A DNA stretch of 63,568 nucleotides, counting the filler, from Lenisia limosa (taxonomy: Eukaryota > Protista > Breviatea): the NCBI GenBank assembly GCA_001655205.1. It is 10 parts of 10 records of this genome, joined end to end, with 100 filler letters (N's around TTAATTAATTAA, not from the genome) between each part and the next. Parts side by side here need not be neighbours in the genome. Positions count along the whole stretch, not along the records: positions 12,551 to 28,051 come from LPNZ01007934.1; positions 28,152 to 33,466 come from LPNZ01006559.1; positions 33,567 to 50,526 come from LPNZ01008799.1; 7 more parts are not named here. One strand, 5' to 3'. The position numbers and the translations under genes were made by a program. Position 1 is the first letter of the stretch. Each line of letters begins with the position of its first letter. Below, piece by piece: positions 23,850 through 36,317 of the stretch. Below the pieces are notes generated by a model. The model was not told the DNA's origin and did not search any database. It was given only the letters and a program-made list of their open reading frames with translations.

Positions 23850-25414
23850 ATGAATGTCTCCTTCCTTTTTGCAGTCCTTCTGGCGCTCTTCACAACCGCC
23901 TTCGCGAAGCATGAGTACTCCCAAGACCTTCTCCATCTCGCTGAGATGTCACAGGGCGAGCTTGACGAAATCTATGGCCAGGTACGCGTGATGGACCGAC
24001 CTTTCTTCCTTTCTTCGATCTTCGGGTTCTTCTTGCTTGTGGTCTTTCAAACCTTCTTGTACAATTCACATCAACAATGTCCCACATTTTTGTTTGATTT
24101 ACGTCAGATTTACGTTAACTATATGAGTTTGTTGCCAGAAATATTACGCACTTTTTGGAATTACTTTCATTAGTGATTTTTTTGCTGTCATATTCTCACC
24201 TTGATTCCAGTGCACCTCCGGCAGCATTCCCGATGGAAAGACCTTTGGCCTTGCCCAGTTCTTCCCATCTGTGGGTGTTTGTTTGTGATTAATGATTTGT
24301 TTCAAGGATTATCATATGGTTGGCAGATACATCAAACCAGATCTGTATTGCAGTATTTCTATCATTTATTCATTTCTTGCGCTTGTGATATCATTAAATA
24401 ATCGCTTGTTTCATTATTCCTAGGATACTGAAGCTAATGAAGTCATTATGAACATGGCCGAGTTTATCTGGGAGGGCAAGACCTTTTCCAAGGTATGAAC
24501 AGTTGATCTTTTTTGATGTATTCATATTCACATTACATTTACGTAATAGCGTACCTTCGACTCATAAACAGCAACGTTGTAAATCTCCATTTCACATTAC
24601 TTTATTAACCCAGGTTAACGAAACCTACGCCACTCTTGTGAATCGCATCTTCCACATGCCCTTCGTCCACGCTAACGTCTACTTCGGGTTAGCGATGGGG
24701 TGGTTTTATATGATTTAAGACATGAATATCAAAATATTTTATTTTTTATTTTTGATTCATTGAGTCCTGTTTCGTCTGTAATTTGATTCATTGAGTCCTG
24801 TTTCGTTTGTAATTATTTTTATTTTTGATTCATTGATGTTTCGTCTGTAATTATTTTTATTTTTGATTCATTGAGTCCTGTTTCGTCTGTAATTATTTGA
24901 GACCCTTTACATGACTCTTTTCTCCTTTTAATTTTGATTGATCTCTTTTGTGTTAAAGTTATGAATTGCTGCTATCAGTGATTTGTGACTCTCCCGTCTT
25001 AATCATTTCACAACATATTTGTTGTATGACACATAAATTAGCTGACACCCTCAGAGAGAGTCTATTTCCTGTTTCAACTGCTCTTTATTTCTGACACCCT
25101 CAGCGAGTCCTGGTATGACGGCAAGGAGGCCATCATTTTCGATTACTCGCAGCGCAACAACGACGCTTTTGGGTAGGGTTAACCGTGTTGGGCTGTATTG
25201 TTTTAGGGAACATATTTTTTGATATGTTTGGTTTGAAGGTTTTTAGTGGCTAGTGAACGTATCAGCGGGTTTACTTTGTTGTTGTATTGCATCTCACTCT
25301 TGCAGTCTGATCCGTGACGAAGTTCGTGAGTTTGCTCCCAACAAGTGGCTTGGCCGCGTCTACCTCTTCACCTCCAACAAGCCCTTCGTCATCAATTTTG
25401 CCCTGGAGTTGTAA
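23850..25414 (+). CDS. Secreted ~165-aa protein resembling a bacterial hypothetical-protein family, complete, 6 exons
   Basis: MNVSFLFAVLLALFTTAFAKHEYSQDLLHLAEMSQGELDEIYGQ|CTSGSIPDGKTFGLAQFFPS|DTEANEVIMNMAEFIWEGKTFSK|VNETYATLVNRIFHMPFVHANVYFG|ESWYDGKEAIIFDYSQRNNDAFG|LIRDEVREFAPNKWLGRVYLFTSNKPFVINFALEL*; all introns GT-AG and phase-consistent; TAA 25412-25414. Confidence 0.88.
24750..24898. repeat. Intronic minisatellite (~4 copies)
   Basis: TTTGATTCATTGAGTCCTGTTTCGTCTGTAATTATTTT repeated with indels. Confidence 0.85.
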
Positions 25415-25761
25415 CGTGTTTGGATTTCGGTTCAATAGCTATTCTCTCTATATACTCAACGAGTCAACAAGCTTCAGAACCCATTTTGTTTTGTTATGTT
25501 GTTTGGTTCTCAATACTACATTGTGCTCTACTCCATGAGCTTGAGCCCCAGATCTATAACGCGTAGATATAATACAACCTATGCCACCGCGACTTGCATT
25601 GCAGATGGAGATGATGCGTCGTATTTGGTCTCCCGCAAACATAATCACATAATCAGATATTCAAGAGGTAATCTAACCTTATCGATGTACCAAATACACA
25701 GACCAAGAGAAGCGAGAATATGTATCGAACCGTTCCGCCACCATCCCAAGATTAGACTTGT

Positions 25762-27414
25762 TTACAGAAGCTCGAAACCGACAGCCATTGACTCAATAGC
25801 AGGTTCATCAGCCACCGGATACGGAAGTATCCACCCTCCCAAGGAAGTGCCTGAGGTGGTGAATTGACAAAAGTTTTCCAGTGGCATGCAACTGGCAACA
25901 TAATCACCAAAATCAGGGGGAATTAAAAGACTGTAAACATGATCCACAAATCTCAACGTATAATTACCAACCCCAGTAGTTTGCAAGCCAAGGAGACGCC
26001 GTTTTCTTCGCCTCATCTGACGATAACAATAATGTGGTTCGATTCCTGGCATGTTAGGAAAAAATGGAATTATAAAGTTGCGTCATGAACAGCTTTGCTA
26101 GTTACATCACCAACCTCGAAGAAAGTGACCGTAGTCTTAAGGCCTTCTGGTTCAATGTAAACACCACCGCGATACTGAAATCATAAGGTCGTGCGCTCCA
26201 AGGAAATGTAAAAGCAGGCATAATGTCAATCATACATAGAAAGAATATGTGCACTCAATCAAAATTCTGTTGTAAATGCGACGCACATGCATGAAGTTAT
26301 CGGTGACTTCAAAAGAAATAGCAATCGGGCCTCTGGAGTGGATCTCCTCCATCATGGTTTCCCTCCAAGACAAGTAAGAGAAAAAATGATGTGATTTACA
26401 AGAGGAAATCGCCAAATAATCTTAGTTTAGAGTGTCGTCAACACAGATCTTAGCTTGTGACTACATTGGAATTCACAGTCAATTATTGTCCGCAAAAGAG
26501 CCTAATGTAGTAGTTGTCATTGACAGCAGACATAAATATTGAACCATTGAACCAACCCCAATCCAAGGCATATCGATGTAGTAATAGTAGTCATTGGTAA
26601 ATAAAAGCCATATCGAATGAACAATAGAAAATACCTGAATCTTCAATTCGAGACATATTATAGCAGTGAGAAATTAAAAATAAGGTTATCTACCGAAGCC
26701 GTCCACACCTTCGCGCTTATAAGAGATATTGGATAGTATAATATTAATTCACCCAATCATTTGCCTTACAACTCTGTGCACATACCAATGCAACAATAGT
26801 CATTGACATAATCCTTGACATAATCCTTGACATACCGGTGAAACAGTCATTGATGAAGGTCTTCTTGCATCAGGTGTATTCACAAGGTTTGTCGGCAGCC
26901 TGGTAGGGAAACAAGACTCGGGGTCGAGACCAAAATCCTGGGGGTGTCAACTACGACTTTATATGATGATGGAAGGTGACATATCATTAATCTGTGTTAG
27001 TCATAGAAAATAGAATGGTCACTAAATGGTCCAAATACTAAACAAACTACCCTCCTTCAATCTCCTTTAACACAGTTTAAGTGAGTGTTCATGATACAAT
27101 TATTACAATTATTATGACATTGCATTCGGTCCCCTACTCTAACGTTACGTCCGACGAGGGGAATCCACGATCACAGCCTTGGAACAATCTGCTGCGAGGT
27201 GAACATGGTGTTTTTCTAAGGGGGTGATATCTAATACTTAAAAACACAAGTACACAGCTTCCCCTAATTTACAAATCTCAGAAAAAGGAAAATATAAAAC
27301 ACGTATCACCAAATTATCAAGTCAAGTCCAAGTCAATCACAACACCCTCAAACCTTGTAGAAGAACTTGACGCGATCAGCCAGGGCTGAGGTTGAACCGT
27401 AGGTGCAGCAAGAA
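25762..27414 (-). pseudogene. Cathepsin C-like (papain C1A) pseudogene, intron-containing, 5' part missing
   Basis: GSCCTYGSTSALADRVK, QGCDRGFP, DFGLDPESCFPYQAADKPCEYT*CKK (TGA 26870-26872), MMEEIHSRGPIAISFEVTDNFMH|YRGGVY..FFE|ESNHIIVIVR*GEENGV (TGA 26013-26015 at the conserved GW), frameshift in the W..NYWG segment, and GYFRIR out of frame with ADEPAIESMAV*. Confidence 0.85.
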
Positions 27415-27480
27415 CTACAATATTGTGAATGGATACATAGCGTATTGAATTAAATGAAAAATTGAAATATACACACCCAT

Positions 27481-27668
27481 AATAATAATAATAATATAAT
27501 AATAATAAGAAGAATAAGAATAAGAATAAGAATAAGAATAAGAATAAGAATAAGAATAAGAATAAGAATAATAATATGAATAAGAATAAGAATAAGAATA
27601 AGAATAAGAATAATAAGAATAATAAGAATAATAAGAATAATAAGAATAATAAGAATAATAAGAATAAT
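27481..27668. repeat. (AAT)n/(AATAAG)n microsatellite
   Basis: Direct reading; gives the spurious poly-I/L ORF 27450-27698. Confidence 0.97.
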
Positions 27669-28151
27669 CGGTCTCAAGTCAGCCCTATATTTTGCCAAGC
27701 AGCATATTTGTTAAAGATGTAAACGCTATTATGAACACAAAAGATTACAAGAAANNNNNNNNNNNNNNNNNNNNNNNNNNNNNNNNNNNNNNNNNNNNNN
27801 NNNNNNNNNNNNNNNNNNNNNNNNNNNNNNNNNNNNNNNNNNNNNNNNNNNNNNNNNNNNNNNNNNNNNNNNNNNNNNNNNNNNNNNNNNNNGAGTATTA
27901 AAAGGTTGATTGGAATTGGTTTAAGATTACATTTCACGCAGGTTCTTTTAAGTTCGATCCCGTGTTTGTTCTGATGTCTGCAGAACCGGTTTTTACATAG
28001 TATATAATATATGATATACATACATACATATAATTATATATATATATCACANNNNNNNNNNNNNNNNNNNNNNNNNNNNNNNNNNNNNNNNNNNNTTAAT
28101 TAATTAANNNNNNNNNNNNNNNNNNNNNNNNNNNNNNNNNNNNNNNNNNNN

Positions 28152-28234
28152 TCCCAAAAAAGATTGAATTTTTTAGATAAATCCTGGATAAATATCGAGA
28201 TTTTGCCGGCCTTTTTCGGACTGTAGGGAACCTT
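28152..28234. mobile_element. Truncated or diverged MITE family A copy at a contig edge
   Basis: GATAAATCCTGGATAAATATCGAGATTTT..CTTTTTCGGACTGTAGGGAACC is the reverse complement of the 57479-type subfamily. Confidence 0.55.
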
Positions 28235-28589
28235 CAAAAAATATCCTAAAACATCTCCTTCTCATCATATCCTACCCTCTATCCCAACTTTTATCGGAAC
28301 TTTTATCGGAATCATCCTTCTCACTCTTTAGTGTCCGTTCTTGGTTGTAGTGTAGTTGGAGTAATGTAGTGTTGTACTGTTAGAAGTTTCAGCGTTTAGT
28401 CAAAGTCTAATTCTGTGGAATGCGATTATATCCATATCCATTTGTCAAACATTGAGAACAATATTTATGAAATTTACATTGTGTTATCTGTAAATAATGC
28501 ATGTTAAAATTACATCATACATTACAATAAATAATAAAAAAAAACAATAACATAGAAATAGAAAAATCATCTTAAAATTCAGAACCTGG

Positions 28590-31500
28590 GGGTAGGACGG
28601 GGGACTGTGTCTTTGGCGGTTCAACCAGACTAAAGAATCAGCCATAACTCTGGAAAAGTCGAGTTGTAGCTCATAAACTGACAACGCATGATAAGCATAA
28701 ACGATCTCTTTCATGAACGAAAAATAGCGAAAATGGCGGATAGACCATAACCTTGTTGATAAGAACAAGGATGCTGGTCTGACCGTCCTTGGTGTTTGGC
28801 CTTCTCATAATGGGCAAGTCTGAGTGGTTTTTTTTTTGTTTTTTGTCTCTGTCTTAATTGTAACTGGAAATTGGGACGGGGCCCCATTTATATTTCAGAC
28901 AGCCTTCGAGCGTAATCAAATATAATCTGGGGGCTCACCTTCGCACGTTCTCTACGGAGTATTTCTGGATCATTGTGATCGGACCCACAGCCTGCACCGA
29001 CACGGACAGAACATTTGTCCACTCTGGCTGTCCGGATATATCGCTAACCTGGGGTGTAAAATTGTAATTTATGAAACAACAAAGGATTTAACTGAGGGGG
29101 GGGGGGGNNNNNNNNNNNNNNNNNNNNNNNNNNNNNNNNNNNNNNNNNNNNNNNNNNNNNNNNNNNNNNNNNNNNNNNNNNNNNNNNNNNNNNNNNNNNN
29201 NNNNNNNNNNNNNNNNNNNNNNNNNNNNNNNNNNNNNNNNNNNNNNNNNNNNNAGTAAGAGACTATGTCACGTTTTGGTTTTGCTGAGGGAGACCGAATA
29301 AGACCAAAGAAATCTAGAAGCGGCTGCCATACTCCCTCCAACCCCTCGCTCATAGCATTCTCCCCGCATTCACACTAAAGTTATTGGTGGTATTGCCTGC
29401 GGTATATAGTTCTATTCCTTCCTGATCGATTCGTTAAGATTCCGGAGAGAATGACCGACCTCCTCCTCAAGCTGCATCGGTGCAAGAACATGCTCCACAC
29501 TCCCGTGAATCTAAAACGGTCAAACAGGTCTTGGCCTATGAAGGGAATCTAAAACGGTCAGACAGGTCTGGGCCTAGGTCTGGGCCTATGGAGGGAATCT
29601 GAATGCCTTCCTGCATGGTACCACCCTACTATATTGCTAGTCAGAAGGCTCCTGAAGTAATGGAAATGTAGCAATGCCCCAGTGAGCGGTATAGACTGTC
29701 CGTTGGAAATGACCACAAACGCCTGGCGAAATGTTAACAATAACATAAAAAGGTCTAATGGCGATAAGTTGAAATGCAAAAAGTCTGTGGCAACAAGTCA
29801 AATTAATAATATTACTGAATAAAACAACATAGAATATAATAGTAGTATGTATCTAGTAAACCTAATTTCTTTAGAACAGAAAGACAAAACAGNNNNNNNN
29901 NNNNNNNNNNNNNNNNNNNNNNNNNNNNNNNNNNNNNNNNNNNNNNNNNNNNNNNNNNNNNCTGCTTGCACCAAAAACCTCCAAAACAACCCCCCTGTGG
30001 CCAAAACTTCCAAAACAACCCAGAGATACCCCAAACCACCCTACATGCGACACCTTCTCTATCCAGCGGTCGAGGGTTCGGAGGGACAGCGGGTGGCCTT
30101 GAAGGGTGCCAAACACACAGTCATGGGGTAGACAGGCCCGGCCCTCCGCACGCCCCCAATTCCTGGAAGAGTTAAATTGGAACATTTTTGAAACAAAAAA
30201 GCCCAAATCAACTCTGTAGGCTGGGGGTTATAACAACAATTCCTCGGGGATAGGGATACCAAAGCAATAGACAGCAAAATCCCTTCGTGGCAAAGTCCAT
30301 TTTTGGCCGAACCTAAGGAGAGCTGCTAGGTTTGCAGGGACTGCGGAGTTGAAGATTTTAATATTCCCTAAAAGTGTTAGAGACTTTCCTATTGTCCTAA
30401 AAAGGCAAGTAAAATAGCACTGGACAGAATGGTAAGTTCTAAAATAGTTGAAATTCATTTGGTGTTCCATTTATGGTAACCACCCATTAAGGCAAGTTCC
30501 TCCCACCTAAAAACGAGGCATTTGTTGGAAGTTTGAACGTATCAATGTGTCGGAACTTGAGGTCGGGAAGGGAGGCTCGGATGATTCCGGTGGAGATCAT
30601 GACACAGACCAACAGGCACGGGGCAACCTGAAGCGAATTAAAATTTAACAGAAAAAAAAAAAAAAGTAACAGATTTGAAATATTCTCTCACCCATTCGTT
30701 AGATGATATTGATTCAAGTTTAACATGAAGATTCTGGGTGCCCACCAAGGCAACAGCATTTGTCTGAAGAAACTCAACGGCTGTGGAGAAGAGAACAGAA
30801 TAAGTGTTATCAGGAAGGGACACCTGGCTGGCGACTGAGAGCTGAAAGCGTCAAAACAAAGAGGTGCAGATAGAAAAGATATTGAAATCCGGGGCTACAA
30901 AACAATATATTTCATATAGATTATATGTTATCTTATGATACGATGGTGTGCCAATTTTGGAACATTTTCTATTGCACTGGGTGATTATCTTATCTTGGTA
31001 CAAATTCCCAGCCGCATATCCCCCTTCAAGTGACATTTTTTGTGCTTTTATGCACTATAACACAGCCAGATACAACACTGATAGTAACAACATCAAGGAA
31101 AGCACAAACACAATAAGATTTCATAATATTAAACCTTTTGTGATAAAAACTCCCCATGAATAACAAGAAAGGCATCTTAACCCGCTCGTGTTATGCTACC
31201 TCTTCCATGCCCCCCTCTCCCCACCTTCGAAAGATAGTGAGAAAGAGTGGAAGGCGGCAGAAGGGCCCCTGTAAGTCGTGGGGGGGACAAATTGACCGAC
31301 CCAGGTGGACGGAGGCTTTTCACCTCTGACGTGTCCCATTTGAGAGTTTTCGCTATGAGGCCTGATAGGTACTAAAATGGTTGGAAGTGACACAGGTAAA
31401 AGCAAAATCTCAGTCTTTCGAAGTGCATATGCATATCAGAATGTATACCTGTTAAATTGACTCGGAAGTAAATATAAAAATTGAACTCACCAACCTTGAG

Positions 31501-32325
31501 CGCTTTTGCCCTTCGTATTTTGTGCTTGTAAGTTTCCTAAAAAGGAAACAAGGAAGTTTTGATGATTTGGAGCATTTTGGAGAAAAATAAAAATAAGGGT
31601 AAATATTCCCTTTTGGTTTGCTTTATTGATCACTTTCTAAAGTATACATGTACATAGCTATATCAATACGTAAGTACACGGATTCGGCCCATTTTTATTT
31701 CTCATCTCTACATTATTCATGTATTTACGGGTATGTTCTCATAAAAGTTACAGAGCCAAAAGAAGCAAAAGGAAATGAGGGTATATTTAACATTATTTCC
31801 CTCTCTAAACGTCACAAAAACGATATCAGAAAAGTTTCCTCCACTTCTCACATTTACAAAAAGTTGCACAGACTTGAGAAACTGTTCCCTGAGTGCCTCT
31901 TCGTTAATCTGAACAAATTATCTGAAGATAACGAAAAGACAAAATTTCTCGATAAATCCTCTGAACTCCGCGAAATGTTACCCGTCTTCGGTCAGAGTGA
32001 TACCCTATCTACACCCAGAAGATTTTATCTTCTTTCTTATCACGGCTTGTTTTTGATTTTGTCAAGTTTGAGCGTTGCTCGTGTTTGTAATTGCTTGTTG
32101 TTTTTTTTTGTTTGTTTGGAGTTTCAGATTATTCGGTTCGTGATTATTANNNNNNNNNNNNNNNNNNNNNNNNNNNNNNNNNNNNNNNNNNNNNNNNNNN
32201 NNNNNNNNNNNNNNNNNNNNNNNNNNNNNNNNNNNNTCAAAGAAGCCAGAACGGATGGAGCCGCCAGCATCTTGTCGACACACGCTTTCCGACTCAAAGA
32301 AGCCCCGGTGCGCAGTTGGTCCGCC
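28590..32325 (-). CDS. Multi-exon gene of unknown function (partial)
   Basis: Series of GT-AG exons, several phase-compatible: ADQLRTGASLSRKACVDKMLAAPSVL; INEEALREQFLKSVQLF; YLSGLIAKTLKWDTSEVKSLRPPG; AVEFLQTNAVALVGTQNLHVKLESISSNEW; GCPVPVGLCHDLHRNHPSLPSDLKFRHIDTF; AFVVISNGQSIPLTGALLHFHYFRSLLTSNI|IHGSVEHVLAPMQLEEE; VSDISGQPEW..ENVRR|LAHYEKAKH..YQQ|VYELQLDFSRVMADSLVWLNRQRH. Family not recognised. Confidence 0.6.
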
Positions 32326-34817
32326 TGGGGGGATGGGTGAAAAGGGTCAGATTGGAGATACTTGACTATCAACACAAATCGGCGGTTGATTGTATTACAC
32401 TATCGAAAAGGAAAACAAAGATATCTAATATGTAGAAATAACACCGACTTTATCATTCAGTTACTTTTCTAAGGGTGTGTTGAAATGTATTCCTAGTTTT
32501 GAATATTTAACGTGTATCTTGTTCTAAATTTGGACTTTACCGCAAAATAATAATAATACGGCACCTGCCCTCCCATCATAAAGATATAGCCCACTCAAAA
32601 GCAACTGCATAAGATACCCCTCCACTCAGGATGCCATTATACAAGGGCAAAATAGAAACCCCCACACTAAGGATGCCATTATACAAGGGCAAAATAGGAC
32701 TTTCAGTGCGTCATACAGCCTTGGCAGCTTAGAATCTTGACTTATTCTTGGTAATATAACAAGTGTACCCCCCCCCCCCAAGAGGAATTGCAGAGGGAAN
32801 NNNNNNNNNNNNNNNNNNNNNNNNNNNNNNNNNNNNNNNNNNNNNNNNNNNNNNNNNNNNNNNNNNNNNNAGGGAACAGTGAGAGACTTTTCGCGGAATT
32901 GCAGTGGGAACAGCGAGAGACTTTTCTGAATAAAAGCAAAATAATAAACAAATAAAGAAATAAACAACAAAGGATGAATCATGGAAGAATTTTGAATGTG
33001 TATATCCTTACATCAGTTACACTAGTCACATTAATTGTCGACGTATATTTTTTTTGTTCAAAATTGCTTGGTTTTCATTTAAAATGGTGCAGTCAACAAA
33101 GGAAGTGAAAAAACAGGAGGAAAGGTGGGCAAGGGTGGAAAGCGGGATGGGATATCCCATATTTTGTCGTTTATCTTTGGTTTAAGAAGGCTTCCATGTC
33201 TATTCTACTCTCTTCTCAAACTGTTAATTAGAATTCAATAAGTCAATGATGATACTCCCACTAAATTCACTTTCCTTTGTGAGTTTTGTTTAATATGTAT
33301 GTTGTATTGTTCACTCACCACCACCCCTCCCCACGCACACAGCGTTGCTTAGCTCATTCTCAACCCCCCTTCTCCCCCCCCCGGTACGCCGCCGGAGTGA
33401 TGGAATGCCTGTGCAGCAGAGGCAACTGGCCTGGGCATTGTTTGTTTTGTTGTTATCAACCCTTGTNNNNNNNNNNNNNNNNNNNNNNNNNNNNNNNNNN
33501 NNNNNNNNNNTTAATTAATTAANNNNNNNNNNNNNNNNNNNNNNNNNNNNNNNNNNNNNNNNNNNNGTGATGGTGTGGACGACTTCGGCCAGATACTTCC
33601 TTATTTTTATTTTCCATTGCTATACGTATATAATACCAATACTTCGGAAATGAGGAAGACGTTACAATATCTATATGGGTAAGGCTAATAATATATACAT
33701 TTACGTAATTGAGTATACTGTGGGAATTTTTTAAAACAATTTTATGTACAAGATGATCTAACATAGGGCTGCGAATATGAGTGATCAGAAAAAGGACTAT
33801 AGAATTTGATTAGTTTTCAACTAATAGGTTTGGATTCAAGTCATTGGTTCATTTCAGAATATTCATTTCATCTACTTGATTCTCGGCTGCTGTGGTTATA
33901 TTGGGGAAATTGGCATAATTATTTAATTTTTGGGGAATTCATATAGTATATATAGTATATTACAATGGAAGACTATGAACTTTGGAACCACCATCTTCAG
34001 AGGACATAATACGCACCCCGTCGAATTCCTCTTTCTCACTTGTATGTGGATCTCCATGGTATATACAGATAAACTTGCCAAGTAAAGCCTACAAGATCCA
34101 TTCAATCAAAAAACGAAACTGGAGTTAAAAGGGTCTTCGGTAGCGGAATGTGATGACGTCATCGATCAAAAAGGGTACGTTGGGTCTTTACTTTGGAAGA
34201 GTGCAATTTGGAGTTTTAGTTTTAAATCACGAATACAATTAGAACAAATCCCATTTTTAAAGCAGCCCCGTTGGTCCAAGAAAACGCAGTTGATCACTAC
34301 TTTCCTTAGGAGTCAGGGGGGAAAGTCGCCTCTTTGGTGCACTCATGGGTGTTAAATAGTAGAAATGTGAAAAAAAATAATAAAACAATGCTTTGTATTT
34401 TTTTCTTTTCCTCCATTTTAATGAACTACCACCTTAAGATGACTGTCAAGGTTCATATCATATATGATATGAGTATATTTTCAAAATTTATACAAATTCA
34501 AATTGCATGCCAACTGGAAGGAGGCTTACAATGACGAACTCAGCGTAGCACTTCGTGCTAANNNNNNNNNNNNNNNNNNNNNNNNNNNNNNNNNNNNNNN
34601 NNNNNNNNNNNNNNNNNNNNNNNNNNNNNNNNNNNNNNNNNNNNNNNNNNNNNNNNNNNNNNNNNNNNNNNNNNNNNNNNNNNNNNNNNNNNNNNNNNNN
34701 NNNNNNNNNNNNNNNNNNNNNNNNNNNNNNCTTCAATAGTGCCTATTTTCAAAACATAACATCTTCTTCTTCACTCTTCTGTTTGCTGTTACAATATTTA
34801 CGTATATTGTTAACAGA

Positions 34818-36234
34818 ATGGAAGCTCTAGTTTCCCTTTTGTTCTTACATGATCAGGTGGAAACTGAGAAAACTCCTCGTCCCTTTCTCACCCCTCTCGC
34901 GACTCTCGATCCTCTTGTCTTCAAGTCTCCTTCGATTGTGAGAAGCCACAAATCGCGTTGTGCTGCTGTCGTCTCCTCTCCACTCCAACCAGTACCTCTG
35001 TGAGAAGCTCAGTATCGAAGCCACCCCACTCTCAAGGTATGAATGATTTTGACTGTAAAGTTCTCTTTGTATTGTTTTACAATGTTGCGTAAGGTTACGT
35101 TGTTTGTTTTGTGTTTATTTTCAAAGACATTGGGTAAGCACTCTTGATACTGTTCTCCCGGTACACCTGTGAAGGCTACTGCACTTGGCAACATTTGCCA
35201 TCCTGCTGACAAGATCACCGGAGAGCACGATGAACCGCATAATCAAGGATGAGTTTCTCCCAGCTTCGAGAAGAATATGACAGTTTGTGTTTTATCCAAT
35301 CTCACAGTATCGATATTTATTACTTTGTATTGGGGGGGGGGTGCCTATTAACCTTACAACACTACGACCAACAGTTTCCTCAAAGGCCTCCGAAAGGAGC
35401 TACGAGCTTAAGGATGGCAAGATCATCATCAGTGCTTCAACGCACTACTCCAAGGTATGAAAGCGAAAGCGAGAACTAGTTGATTGGGTTGTTTATTTCG
35501 GCTCATGCAAATATATTCTATTCTTTTCTATGCTGTATTTAAAACAAGAAAAAGAAATCGCCCATGGGCTACAACAGCCTCAATACCACCACTTTCGTCT
35601 TCCATACCAACATGGATCTCCAAGAAGGTGCCAAGGACTCTGCCAACATCGCTACCACCAAGCTCTCCGCTAAGGGACTAGACGCTCTCGGGCTGAACTG
35701 TGTTTTGCTGATCTTGTTGACTACGGCTTTTGACCCTGTGTTTTCGTAAGTATCGTGAATTCTGAGTTCGAATTTTACGTGTGTGGTGTTGTTGGCCCCT
35801 TCGTGCTCCATGACAATGACTCCTGCTCTTTCGCTCACGTTGCGACTATTGTCCTTACCGTTTACGACTAGAAGGACATCACTGACGTCGCTGACCTCCA
35901 GGAGTTTCTCTGCATCCAGCATTGTGCTCGCAACATCTAAAAAGCCGCCGTCATCCTCTTTAAGAACACCGACATCAAGAAGAAGAGTATGCTGCTTTTG
36001 CTTTTTAATTTCTTGGAGCTTTATCAAGAAAACCTGGAAATCAGCAAAACCAGTCCACTTCCTCCCCCAGTTTGCCATGACCTGGATTCACTCATTTCTC
36101 TAGTCACGACTCCAGTCCGTAGCCCCCCTTCATCGCCGCAAGCACGCGCAAAAAAGTGCGTTGACTATCTGCTGCGACGACCTGATGGCCGTATGGCGTC
36201 ACAGTACACCAAACGAAGTAAGCTGGATAAGTAA
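34818..36234 (+). pseudogene. Copine-like tandem C2-domain pseudogene
   Basis: NNC-biased exons: CEGYCT(fs)GNI (cf. copine xCTLGxIV), DGKIIISAS, TKLSAKGLD, FEFY..IVLTVYD*KDITDVADLQEFL..ARNI*KAAVILFKNTDIKKK with in-frame TAG 35869-35871 and TAA 35938-35940. No vWA domain seen; family call from motif recall. Confidence 0.5.
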
Positions 36235-36317
36235 TAAACAATGAGGCCCGCCAATCCCCCCAGAAGTGACTGGTCTGGGCTTTGTTTATTGTGGTATTTC
36301 CAAACCCTCACGGCGTC

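Noticed and set aside
27450-27698. Poly-Ile/Leu ORF
   Set aside because: AATAAG microsatellite.
31648-32340. 230-aa + strand ORF
   Set aside because: Runs antisense over exons of the minus-strand gene, a MITE remnant and an N gap; no coherent protein.
35869-35940. Alternative genetic code (TAR=Gln or TGA=Trp)
   Set aside because: Intact genes here terminate at TAG (10410), TAA (21262, 25414) and TGA (20977), and the interrupted genes also carry frameshifts.
35569-36078. 169-aa minus-strand ORF and the Ser/Thr-rich + ORF 35783-36103
   Set aside because: Antisense and off-frame shadows of the codon-biased C2-like frame.
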